A DNA stretch of 64,000 bases from a virus. Taxonomy: Duplodnaviria > Heunggongvirae > Uroviricota > Caudoviricetes. Location of the stretch: the IMG/VR virus record IMGVR_UViG_3300028422_000701. The stretch is one strand, 5' to 3'. A program made the position numbers and the translations under genes. Below, in pieces: positions 10,152 through 19,541 of this stretch. Below the pieces are notes generated by a model. It did not search any database, had not been told where the DNA came from, and worked only from the letters and a program-made list of their open reading frames with translations. The stretch's first letter is position 1. The number at the start of each line of letters is the position of its first letter.

Positions 10152-10406
10152 ATGTTTACGTTTTATTTAATTGGTTTTTATCTTTTCTTATTTGTAATGT
10201 TTATTGTAAATATTGCTTTAATAAAAGACATTAAATCATTAATTAATAACATATGTAACACAACAAGTTCACTTAATAACCAAGCTTCAAAATTAATGAT
10301 AGGGGTAATAATTTTTACAGGGTTATTATCCTTTGACATTATTTTTAGTGCTATGTGGTTCTTAGTTATAACTCTTTTGTTAATTATAACTATGAACAAT
10401 AAGTAA
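10152..10406 (+). CDS. small membrane protein
   Basis: three hydrophobic segments. Confidence 0.35.
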   Translation: MFTFYLIGFYLFLFVMFIVNIALIKDIKSLINNICNTTSSLNNQASKLMIGVIIFTGLLSFDIIFSAMWFLVITLLLIITMNNK

Positions 10407-10473
10407 TAATTGTACTACTATAAATGATTAAATACAATTATAAAATAACATACTATTTGTAGGAGGAAAGAAA

Positions 10474-12519
10474 ATGAGAAATATAGAGGAATCACAAAAG
10501 GATTTCCAAGATAGATACACCAATATTGTAAAAGATATTGAAAGTATAGCATTAAACGATGCTAAAAATGAAGACAAAAAAAGAGAAAATGGAAACATAA
10601 ATGGTGACAGTGCTATGGGTACTATGTTACAATTTGGAAGTACAGTTGGAAGGGAATTTACTAAAAGTTATTTAATGAATCCCTTGTATAGTAAACTACA
10701 TGATGAAGGTTTAATACATATTCATGATATGGATTTTTATCCTGAGGGTACAACAACTTGTATGCAAATAGATCTTGAAAAATTATTTAAGGAAGGTTTC
10801 AATACAGGGCATGGTTATTTAAGAACACCTAACGACATTATGTCTTATGGTGCTTTAACTGCTATTGCAATACAGGCTAATCAAAATGACCAACACGGAG
10901 GACAAAGTATACCATTTTTAGATTACTATTTAGCTCCTGGCGTATTGAAAACATTTAAAAAACAATATAAACAAACGTATGTTGATATGGCGGATGCTTT
11001 AGGGATTAATGAAGATGAAATTCATAGTGTTATAACATACATAAATAGTTTAAATAGTTTAAAAGAAGCTAAAGAAAATAGTGTTAAATTAACTGATAAT
11101 ATCTTAGTTATGGCTTATGATAAAGCGTTACAAAAAACGGAACGCATTACCTACCAAGCAATGGAAGCGTTAGTTCATAACTTAAATACTTTACACAGTA
11201 GAGCAGGTGCACAAGTACCGTTTAGCAGTGTTAATTTTGGTACAGACATAAGTGATGAGGGAAGAATGGTAGTAAGATCTTTCTTACTGGCAACTGATAA
11301 AGGTTTAGGTAAAGGTGAAACACCTATATTCCCAATATCAATATTTAGGGTAAAAGAAGGAGTTAACTATAATCCAACTGATCCTAATTATGATTTATTT
11401 AAACTAGCTTGTAAAGTTTCAGCTAAAAGGTTATTTCCAAACTTTGTGTTTCAAGATGCTCCATTTAATATGCAATATTATAACCCTAATGACTATAGAA
11501 CAGAAATTGCTACTATGGGATGTCGTACAAGAGTTATGGGGAATGTATGTGGTGAAAGTACAACTCCGGGACGTGGTAATTTAAGTTTTACAACAATTAA
11601 CTTAGTACGTCTAGGAATAGAACACGGTCTAGTTTCAGGTACTGTACAGAAACCTGATTTAGAAGGATTTTATAAAGACTTATTTACTTTAATGGATATA
11701 GTTAAAGAACAACTACTTGAACGTTATAGATGGCAATGTCAAAAACATAAATACAATTTTCCATTTTTAATTAATGAAGGTGTGTGGTATGGTGGGGAAA
11801 GATTAAATAACGATGACCAACTTGATAATGTATTAAAAACAGGAACATTAAGTATTGGATTTATTGGACTTGCTGAATGTTTAGTAGCATTAACTGGTTA
11901 CCACCACGGAGAAAATAATGAAAGTTATAAACTAGGTTATGACATAGTTAAAGAAATGCGTGTTAGATGTGACTATTATTGTAAACAATATGGTCTTAAT
12001 TTTAGTTTACTTGCAACACCAGCAGAAGGTTTAAGTGGTAGATTTACACGTATTGATGCTAAAAAGTATGGTAAAATCATAGGTGTAACTGATAGGGATT
12101 ATTACACAAATAGTTTCCACATTCCAGTTTACTATAATATTTCAGTAACTGACAAAATTCAGTTAGAGGCTCCATTTCATGAACTAACAAATGCTGGTCA
12201 TATTACTTATATAGAACTTGATGGGGATACTTGTAAAAATGTGGATGCATTTGAGAGTGTTATACGTACTATGAAGGAAGCAGGTATTGGTTATGGTGCC
12301 ATAAACCATCCAGTTGATAGAGATCCAGTTTGTGGGTTTAACGGTATTATAGATGATGTTTGTCCACAATGTGGTAGGTCAGAAGGTTCACATAAATTTG
12401 AGCGTATAAGACGTATTACTGGATATTTAGTTGGGACACTTGATCGTTTTAACGATGGTAAACGTGCTGAAGAACACGATAGAGTTAAACATAATTTAAA
12501 AGATAAAGAGGAGAATTAA
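10474..12519 (+). CDS. nrdD: anaerobic ribonucleoside-triphosphate reductase (class III)
   Basis: 681 aa; C-terminal glycyl-radical motif RIRRITGYL and CPQCG zinc ribbon. Confidence 0.85.
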   Translation: MRNIEESQKDFQDRYTNIVKDIESIALNDAKNEDKKRENGNINGDSAMGTMLQFGSTVGREFTKSYLMNPLYSKLHDEGLIHIHDMDFYPEGTTTCMQIDLEKLFKEGFNTGHGYLRTPNDIMSYGALTAIAIQANQNDQHGGQSIPFLDYYLAPGVLKTFKKQYKQTYVDMADALGINEDEIHSVITYINSLNSLKEAKENSVKLTDNILVMAYDKALQKTERITYQAMEALVHNLNTLHSRAGAQVPFSSVNFGTDISDEGRMVVRSFLLATDKGLGKGETPIFPISIFRVKEGVNYNPTDPNYDLFKLACKVSAKRLFPNFVFQDAPFNMQYYNPNDYRTEIATMGCRTRVMGNVCGESTTPGRGNLSFTTINLVRLGIEHGLVSGTVQKPDLEGFYKDLFTLMDIVKEQLLERYRWQCQKHKYNFPFLINEGVWYGGERLNNDDQLDNVLKTGTLSIGFIGLAECLVALTGYHHGENNESYKLGYDIVKEMRVRCDYYCKQYGLNFSLLATPAEGLSGRFTRIDAKKYGKIIGVTDRDYYTNSFHIPVYYNISVTDKIQLEAPFHELTNAGHITYIELDGDTCKNVDAFESVIRTMKEAGIGYGAINHPVDRDPVCGFNGIIDDVCPQCGRSEGSHKFERIRRITGYLVGTLDRFNDGKRAEEHDRVKHNLKDKEEN

Positions 12520-12520
12520 T

Positions 12521-12931
12521 ATGAATAAAAATACACAAATGCACGAAGATATAACTACTAATTTACATAAAATATATGTAGCTAAGAATCATGATTATGG
12601 TAATAGTGTACATGATACATATGAAAAATACGGTTTAGTTTCATTTTTAGTAAGAATGGAAGATAAAATAAGTAGAGCAAGAACTTTAGACCAAAAGAAG
12701 GAACAATATGTTTCAGACGAAAAGTTGGAGGATACTTTACTTGACTTAGCTAATTATGCTATAATGGCAGTAATGGAATTAAGATTGGCTAAAGAACAAC
12801 TAACACAAGAGGATTGTGTTGAAGAAAATACCAGTTATTTTGTAGAAGGTTACACTGTTAAGGATAATCAAATTGTAAGTGTAAAAGATAATAAGGTTGT
12901 GGAAATAGATGAAACTAAAATTAGCTGGTAA
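12521..12931 (+). CDS. hypothetical protein, possibly MazG-like all-alpha NTP pyrophosphohydrolase
   Basis: E/D-rich helical pattern RMEDKISRAR...LEDTLLDLANYA; position between nrdD and nrdG. Confidence 0.3.
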   Translation: MNKNTQMHEDITTNLHKIYVAKNHDYGNSVHDTYEKYGLVSFLVRMEDKISRARTLDQKKEQYVSDEKLEDTLLDLANYAIMAVMELRLAKEQLTQEDCVEENTSYFVEGYTVKDNQIVSVKDNKVVEIDETKISW

Positions 12932-13442
12932 TATAGTTTATGATAGTATAGTTGATGGTCCCGGACTACGTGCTACAATTTTTGTACAGGGTTGTACACA
13001 TAATTGTCCGGGTTGTCATAACCCTAGTACACACGACTTAAATGGTGGTACTGAGGTAGACATTAACGATATTATTAATGACTTAGAAAAGCATAAAAAA
13101 CAATTTAGTGGTGTTACTTTAAGTGGTGGGGAACCACTATTACAACAAGATAAATTAATACCTATTTGCTTGTGGTGTATAAATAATCATAAAGATATTT
13201 GGTTATACACAGGCTTTACATACGAAAAAGTAAATACATTAGAAATAATGGATTATATAGATATTGTAGTAGATGGACAGTTTATAGAAAAATACAAGTC
13301 ATATAATTGTTTATTTAAAGGAAGTACTAACCAACGTATAATAGACGTTAAACAAAGTAAAAAATTAAATGAAACATTTTTAAGTATTTACAATGATCAA
13401 CCTACAACTAGTGTAAAGAATAAAAACAATATTTTCATATAA
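12909..13442 (+). CDS. nrdG: anaerobic RNR activating protein (radical SAM)
   Basis: CTHNCPGCHN CxxxCxxC cluster. Confidence 0.8.
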   Translation: MKLKLAGNIVYDSIVDGPGLRATIFVQGCTHNCPGCHNPSTHDLNGGTEVDINDIINDLEKHKKQFSGVTLSGGEPLLQQDKLIPICLWCINNHKDIWLYTGFTYEKVNTLEIMDYIDIVVDGQFIEKYKSYNCLFKGSTNQRIIDVKQSKKLNETFLSIYNDQPTTSVKNKNNIFI

Positions 13443-13447
13443 TAATA

Positions 13448-13476
13448 TTGTTTTTCTCTTACCCTTATGTTATAAT
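13448..13476 (+). promoter_or_regulatory. promoter TTGTTT-N17-TATAAT
   Basis: ttgttt 13448-13453, tgttataat 13468-13476. Confidence 0.5.
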
Positions 13477-13499
13477 GGTATTGTAAAGGAGGGAAGGTC

Positions 13500-13919
13500 A
13501 TGAGTAGTAAACAAAAAACCCCTAAGCAAATAATGAAAACATTATGTAGTGAATTACATAAAAGAGGTTTTATAGTACAATACTATGAAGCTTATAGTAC
13601 GTGTAGTTGTTATATTAAATTAGATTACGGTGCCTGTTATAGTATAAGGGTAAGTGATCACGATGGTTTTAGCCATTTAAAATACCGTTATAATGTTATG
13701 AATGATATAGTAAATAATTACACCGTTTTAGACGAAGGTAAAGAAAGAAAATATTATGGATTTACAGAATTAAATGAATTAGTTAATGATATAGTAAACT
13801 GTAGAGAAAATTTAAAAATTATGATGGGTGAGACGGGGTATAAAGACTATATTAAATCTTATAAATTAAGTGCACAATGTAGTACTGGATTTTGGTCTCA
13901 GTGTCATTTATATAAGTAA
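13500..13919 (+). CDS. hypothetical protein
   Basis: ORF with RBS aaggaggg. Confidence 0.4.
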   Translation: MSSKQKTPKQIMKTLCSELHKRGFIVQYYEAYSTCSCYIKLDYGACYSIRVSDHDGFSHLKYRYNVMNDIVNNYTVLDEGKERKYYGFTELNELVNDIVNCRENLKIMMGETGYKDYIKSYKLSAQCSTGFWSQCHLYK

Positions 13920-13931
13920 AAGGAGAATAAA

Positions 13932-14882
13932 ATGAGTAAAGTAATAATGATGGTAGGGTTGCCTGGAAGTGGCAAAACAACATTTGCAAAAAATGTTTTA
14001 ATGAAAAAAGATAATTATATATATTTAAGTAGTGATGATTTACGTGTAGAATTATTTGGGTTTGAATACCAAACACGTAATGATGAATTATTTAAGGAAT
14101 TAGGTAGAAGATTAAAAGCTGCTATCGTTAATAAGCAAAATGTAATATATGATGCCACTAATATAAATAGAAAAAGAAGAATGGGGTTAATAAGAAATAT
14201 AAAACAATTAGATCCTAATGGTGAAGTTGAAGCATATTGTTTATGTATACCTTATGAATTTATACTTAATAGAAATTTAGTTAGAGAAGAACGTCATATA
14301 CCTGAAGATAAATTAGAACAAATGTATAGAGGTTTTAATGTACCTATAATGTCAGAGGGATTTAGTGATATTACGTTGTTAACTGTTACTGATACAATAA
14401 CTGCAAATGTGTTTAAAGGTTTTGTAGCGGAAACACAAGAAGGACGTTTACATTTAGACTTATTACCTTATTACAATGAATTAAAGGATTATGATCAAAA
14501 GAGTATTTATCATGATTTTACACTAGACAAACATATTGAAAATGTGTTTAATAGAACGTGTGAAATTAAAAATGTAAACGGTGCTTTATGTTTAGCAGCT
14601 GCTTTACATGATATTGGTAAACCTGACTGTTGCACTGTAAAGGAAGATGGTATACACCACGGTTTTGCAGGACATGAAAATGTAAGTGGGTATAAAGCAG
14701 CTATGTTATTAGGTAGATGCGATATATTAAGTAAAGAAACTAAAGATTTAGTTTTAACTATAATTAATTTACATATGATGATTAAAAATAGTGAAATTTC
14801 AGATGACACATTACTTGAATATTGTGGTAGTGAGGAATACCTAAACTATTTAAAAATGTTTAATAATTGTGACCAAAATTAA
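13932..14882 (+). CDS. P-loop polynucleotide kinase-like N-domain fused to HD phosphohydrolase domain (RNA-repair Pnkp-like)
   Basis: Walker A MVGLPGSGKTTFAKN; HD motif AALHDIGKP...HHGFAGHE. Confidence 0.55.
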   Translation: MSKVIMMVGLPGSGKTTFAKNVLMKKDNYIYLSSDDLRVELFGFEYQTRNDELFKELGRRLKAAIVNKQNVIYDATNINRKRRMGLIRNIKQLDPNGEVEAYCLCIPYEFILNRNLVREERHIPEDKLEQMYRGFNVPIMSEGFSDITLLTVTDTITANVFKGFVAETQEGRLHLDLLPYYNELKDYDQKSIYHDFTLDKHIENVFNRTCEIKNVNGALCLAAALHDIGKPDCCTVKEDGIHHGFAGHENVSGYKAAMLLGRCDILSKETKDLVLTIINLHMMIKNSEISDDTLLEYCGSEEYLNYLKMFNNCDQN

Positions 14883-14909
14883 AAAAGTTTAAAAATTTCA
14901 CAAAAAAGT

Positions 14910-14938
14910 ATTTACAAATCAGATCTTATATGTTATAA
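14910..14938 (+). promoter_or_regulatory. strong promoter TTTACA-N17-TATAAT (TG-extended) at the head of the 1-kb ORF-free region
   Basis: tttaca 14910-14915; tgttataat 14930-14938. Confidence 0.55.
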
Positions 14939-14944
14939 TATATA

Positions 14945-15855
14945 CATAAAGTTAATTAAGAGGAAAAAATGTATAAGCAAGCATTTATTAACTTTATACT
15001 GTATAAGCGCAAAAAGACCCCTGTTTTATAAACGTTACCTTTACAGGTAGCGCAAGAAATATAATTATTTTGATAATAATCGTATTTCTTGCAGTACTTG
15101 TAAAAGTACTATTTAGGTACAACCAGCAACAACATAGTAATTAACGATGGTTAATATTTGTCTTTATATCTTTACGATATCAGGACATATCGACACTGTG
15201 TAAAAGTAATTTTACACTTGTCAAAAGCATAAAGAGACTACGGTTTCTTTGTACATTTAAAACGTACCTAGCTATACATATACAAAACTTTAGATACATA
15301 CAGCAATTAAAAATAAAAAAAGAAAATGCCGAAATTTTTCAAAAATGTATCTAGTTAAGTTTAGTTTACTCAAATGTTGATTAGGGTCGATATGGGATTA
15401 AATGCTAGACTTAAAGACAACACTACCTTCGAATGAACTTAATACAAAGGCAAAGTTAATTCTTTGCTTCATGGGCATAATGTCTACTTAACTTGTAAAA
15501 ATGTACCCCAGCACCAGAGCCAAGTAATTGCGGTACATAGGTAGATTAACGAAGTATACATTAGTTAATGATAACAATAGTAATTTGAATTTTCCGGGAA
15601 TTCGAAAGTTTGGGAAACGGTTATTGTTTAAAGTTATACCCATGAAGGAAAGAATTAATTTCCAAAATTAGATACTTACAGCAACTTAAAAATTAGGTCG
15701 CCAAAACACGTATTTGACTAAATACACGTATCTAGATAGTTAAAAAGTATATAATTAGATTCTCACAGCAAACCAAAATAAAGGAAGAATTTGTAAATCT
15801 TAACCAAAAGAATCTAGCATTATATAAATAACTACCTACGGGTAGTTTTCTTTTC
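14945..15855 (+). ncRNA. candidate structured non-coding RNA locus (possible Y-RNA-like partner of the downstream Ro60-like gene)
   Basis: no ORF of 60 aa or more in about 1 kb; promoter at 5' end, hairpin plus T-run at 15831-15855; two perfect 7-bp hairpins with GTAA loops at 15093-15110 and 15199-15216. Confidence 0.3.
15831..15855 (+). terminator. rho-independent terminator
   Basis: aactacc-tacg-ggtagtt hairpin followed by ttcttttc. Confidence 0.5.
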
Positions 15856-15876
15856 AAATAAAAGGAGGAATAAATT

Positions 15877-17412
15877 ATGAATTTTGACAAAGCATTACAA
15901 GAAGAAACAAACGTAGCATTCACTGAAAATGGTGGAGCTAGTAACCTAAGTACGCTTGACAAATGTTTAGACCTGTTTGCACGTTGTGGTAGTATGAGAT
16001 CTGCAAAAGAACAAGATATTATTGAACTTGTAGATAGAGCATATGGTCAAAACAAACAACTTACTTTACTAATTTTATTTTACAACTGTGATATTAAAGA
16101 AGGTTTAGGTGAAAGACGTTTTACACAGATAGCACTTAAATACCTTGCAAACAAAGACCCTAATACGCTTACAAAAGTAGCTAGTTTACTACCTACATAT
16201 AACCGTTGGGACTTAATGTATTGTTTCGTTGGTACACAATTACAAAAAACAGTATTTGGTATAATGAAAGAACAATATGTTTCAGATTTGGACGCTTTAC
16301 AAAAAGATTCTGAAGCCAACATAAGTTTGATTGGTAAGTGGTTAAAAAGTGAAAATACTGAAAGTAAAATATCTCGTAAACTTGCACGTTTAACTATAGA
16401 AGAATTTGGGGTAACTGAAAGACAATATAGAAAAGCATTAGTAACTTTACGTAAAAGAATTAAGATTGTAGAACACAACTTAGTTAATAAAGAATACGCA
16501 AGTATTGATTATGATAAAATACCAGCCAAGGCTCTTATGAAGTATATTAAGGCATTTTATCGTAACGACGAAGCTAAGATAAAGGCTTACTTTGATAGTA
16601 TTGAACGTGGAGAAAAAGAAATTAAAGTTACAGGTATTTACCCACATGATATTTTATATCAAGCAACAGGTGGTGTAACTTGTGGAAATAGTTATTTAAA
16701 ACCTAGAAAAAGTGTTCCAAACCAAAACTACTATAATGAATTATGGAAAAACCAAAAAGATTATATGAAAGAAGATGATCTTACTATGGTTGTAGCTGAC
16801 ACTAGTGCCAGCATGACATCTCCAATTAGTATTAATTCGAATGTTTCAGCATTAGATGTTGCTATGGCATTGGGTATTTATTGTAGTGAAAGATTAAAAG
16901 GACAATACACTAACAAAATGATTACGTTTAGTTCAAGACCTAGTTATGTAACACTAACAGGTGAAGATTTACTAAGTAAACTTAGATGTGTTCCTAGTAT
17001 TGTAGATAACACTAATCTTGTAGCTGTATTTAAACTTTTACTTGACACTGCTAAAAGTTATAACATAGACGAAAAGGAATTTCCTAAAAAGTTACTTATT
17101 ATAAGTGACATGGAATTTGATGCGTCTACCGAAACACGTTATGGTAATAAAAGAACTACTGTGTTTAGAGACATAAAAAATATGTTTGATGGTACAGGGT
17201 ACAAAATGCCACAAATAGTGTTCTGGAATGTTAATAGTAGAAATACACAATTTCCTATAACTGTAAATGACGAAGGGGCAGTACTTATAAGTGGGTATAG
17301 TCCAGTAGCATTAAAGGCAGTATATGAAAGTGAAATATTTACTCCTGTTGATGTTATGATAAAAGCAGTTACAGCACCACGTTACTACCAAGTAATAGAA
17401 AAGTTAAAGTAA
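15877..17412 (+). CDS. Ro60-like protein (TROVE-like N-region plus C-terminal vWA domain with MIDAS)
   Basis: 511 aa; C-terminal vWA with DTSASM (DxSxS) MIDAS motif; N-terminal helical repeat region. Confidence 0.5.
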   Translation: MNFDKALQEETNVAFTENGGASNLSTLDKCLDLFARCGSMRSAKEQDIIELVDRAYGQNKQLTLLILFYNCDIKEGLGERRFTQIALKYLANKDPNTLTKVASLLPTYNRWDLMYCFVGTQLQKTVFGIMKEQYVSDLDALQKDSEANISLIGKWLKSENTESKISRKLARLTIEEFGVTERQYRKALVTLRKRIKIVEHNLVNKEYASIDYDKIPAKALMKYIKAFYRNDEAKIKAYFDSIERGEKEIKVTGIYPHDILYQATGGVTCGNSYLKPRKSVPNQNYYNELWKNQKDYMKEDDLTMVVADTSASMTSPISINSNVSALDVAMALGIYCSERLKGQYTNKMITFSSRPSYVTLTGEDLLSKLRCVPSIVDNTNLVAVFKLLLDTAKSYNIDEKEFPKKLLIISDMEFDASTETRYGNKRTTVFRDIKNMFDGTGYKMPQIVFWNVNSRNTQFPITVNDEGAVLISGYSPVALKAVYESEIFTPVDVMIKAVTAPRYYQVIEKLK

Positions 17413-17417
17413 ATAAA

Positions 17418-17441
17418 ACTCACATAATGTGAGTTTTTTTG
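17418..17441 (+). terminator. rho-independent terminator
   Basis: actcacat/atgtgagt hairpin followed by T7. Confidence 0.6.
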
Positions 17442-17491
17442 TTTACTTTTAAGTAAAAATATGGTATAATATATACATAAGGAGAGTTAAT

Positions 17492-17917
17492 ATGGAAAAT
17501 AATGTAATAGACTCATTTAGTGGTGAGTATGAATTTTTAAGTAATTTTTATGTTAGAGAAATGACCTTTAGAGGTTTAAAATGTACAAGTTCAGAATCGG
17601 CATTTCAGGCTATGAAAACAACCAACTTAGAACAAAGGAAAGAAATTGCTGCTGCTTTACCTTCAAGATCTAAAAGACTTGGTAGAAAAGTACAACTAAG
17701 AAATGATTGGGATTATATAAAAACAAATGTTATGTATGAAATAGTTTTGGCTAAGTTTACACAACATCCTGATTTAAAACAAAAGTTATTAGACACAGGT
17801 GATGCTAAGTTAGTTGAAGGTAATACTTGGGGAGACCAATTTTGGGGTGTTTGCGACGGTGTAGGACAAAATGAACTCGGTAAAATATTAATGTGGGTGA
17901 GGTTTGAATTATCATGA
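17492..17917 (+). CDS. NADAR (YbiA/DUF1768) domain protein
   Basis: FLSNFY...SSESAFQAMK signature of the NADAR fold. Confidence 0.6.
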   Translation: MENNVIDSFSGEYEFLSNFYVREMTFRGLKCTSSESAFQAMKTTNLEQRKEIAAALPSRSKRLGRKVQLRNDWDYIKTNVMYEIVLAKFTQHPDLKQKLLDTGDAKLVEGNTWGDQFWGVCDGVGQNELGKILMWVRFELS

Positions 17918-18714
17918 TAGGACAAAAATCATTAATTAATTATATAGATAATATGAAAGAACTGCCTAAGTGTATTTTATTACAAGGTATTAGGGGTTCT
18001 GACACACATAGTGTGGCTAATTATATTAAAGATAAATACCCTAACCATCAACTTGGTATTATAGACACGTTAGATGTTGAAACATTTAAGTTAATAAATA
18101 TCGAAGCAGAACAAACAATAACACCATTAATAATTTATATTGATAACTTAGATTTAAGTAGTGTACAATGTCAAAATATTGTTTTAAAAGAACTTGAAAC
18201 AGAAAACAATTTAGTTCATTTTATACTTGGTTGTTCAAATAAGGAAAACATAATTAGCACAATAGTTACTAGAAGTGTTACTTTAAAAATGTTACCTTAT
18301 ACTAAACAAGATATGGAACTATACAAAATTAAATACCATATTAAAAATAATATTGATTTAAGTATTATTGAGACACCAAAAGAATTACAGTATTGTGATA
18401 CTATTTACGATAAAATGGAAACAGTTATAAATACAGCTAATGCTTTAGTTTCAAAGTTACCAATAGTAAATACAAGTAACGCTTTAAAAGTTACTAAAAT
18501 TATACTTGACTTAGACACTAACCCAATGTTAATTACTATCTTTACTCACATATTACAAAAAGAAATTATGGGTAGTGATTACTTTTCAACAGGTCAAAAA
18601 ATAAAAATGGAATATATGTTGGAACGTACATTACAGGAGTTAAATAATAATATAATAACACCTAGTAGTGCTTTAGACACCCTTATAATTAATTTAACAT
18701 ATACCATTATGTAA
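17914..18714 (+). CDS. hypothetical protein, possibly degenerate clamp-loader (delta-prime-like) subunit
   Basis: weak AAA-like pattern LLQGIRG and NIVLKELE sensor-like segment. Confidence 0.3.
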   Translation: MIGQKSLINYIDNMKELPKCILLQGIRGSDTHSVANYIKDKYPNHQLGIIDTLDVETFKLINIEAEQTITPLIIYIDNLDLSSVQCQNIVLKELETENNLVHFILGCSNKENIISTIVTRSVTLKMLPYTKQDMELYKIKYHIKNNIDLSIIETPKELQYCDTIYDKMETVINTANALVSKLPIVNTSNALKVTKIILDLDTNPMLITIFTHILQKEIMGSDYFSTGQKIKMEYMLERTLQELNNNIITPSSALDTLIINLTYTIM

Positions 18715-18726
18715 AGGAGGATATTT

Positions 18727-19521
18727 ATGTTATATATAGGAGACAAATCATATTTTAAAAGTAAATATCCTAATTTACAGGAAGTAACTAGTTGTATACA
18801 AATAACAACTAATCAATTAAACTTGTTTAGTACTAACAATAATGAACTTTTATATTGTGGTGATGACATACTTAATGTTGAACCACAAGAAATAAAAGGT
18901 AGTATATGTTTGTTAACAATTGATAAAAGAAGTAAACTATATAAATATTTTAGTAAATTAAATAAAGTAGAATGCGAACCTGAAGTAACTGACCAATTAG
19001 TTAACAACATCTTTCCGGGGGCTAATACTAATTTATTTAAAGGTATTTCATATAGTAGTTTATTAAAAATTAAAACACAATACGATTTAATAAATAACCC
19101 AACAGTAAATGATTTAAAATGGTTAGTAAGTAACACAAACACTGACTGTATATTTGAATGTATTGAACAATTGCTTAATAAGAATGTAGGATTTTTTACA
19201 TTATACAATTATTTAATTGGTTGTGGTGAAAGTAAGTTTAAAATACTTGTAATGGTTAAAAAACGTGTACAACAATTAATACAGGTTTATAACTACAAAA
19301 ATGCGGATATAAACGAGATTGTTAGTAAAACAGGTATAAACTACTATGGGGTTAAGAACTCCCTTGTATTGGTGTTTAAATACAATTTAGTAGAGCTTAT
19401 TACTATATATAATAAGTGTAACAATGTAGAAGTTGGAATTAAGGAAGGTTTATATAGTGAACTAATAGATATAGACAACTTATTTATTAGTATCTTCCAT
19501 AAGGAAAATATATATGAATAG
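18727..19521 (+). CDS. hypothetical protein
   Basis: ORF with RBS aaggagg. Confidence 0.35.
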   Translation: MLYIGDKSYFKSKYPNLQEVTSCIQITTNQLNLFSTNNNELLYCGDDILNVEPQEIKGSICLLTIDKRSKLYKYFSKLNKVECEPEVTDQLVNNIFPGANTNLFKGISYSSLLKIKTQYDLINNPTVNDLKWLVSNTNTDCIFECIEQLLNKNVGFFTLYNYLIGCGESKFKILVMVKKRVQQLIQVYNYKNADINEIVSKTGINYYGVKNSLVLVFKYNLVELITIYNKCNNVEVGIKEGLYSELIDIDNLFISIFHKENIYE

Positions 19522-19541
19522 AAAGAATAAAGGTGGTAAAA

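Noticed and set aside
17439-17470. Canonical -35 for the promoter upstream of the NADAR gene
   Set aside because: A TGGTATAAT extended -10 is present at 17462-17470, but the best -35 (ttgttt) sits 20 nt away. It may function as an extended -10 promoter only, and was not listed as a feature.
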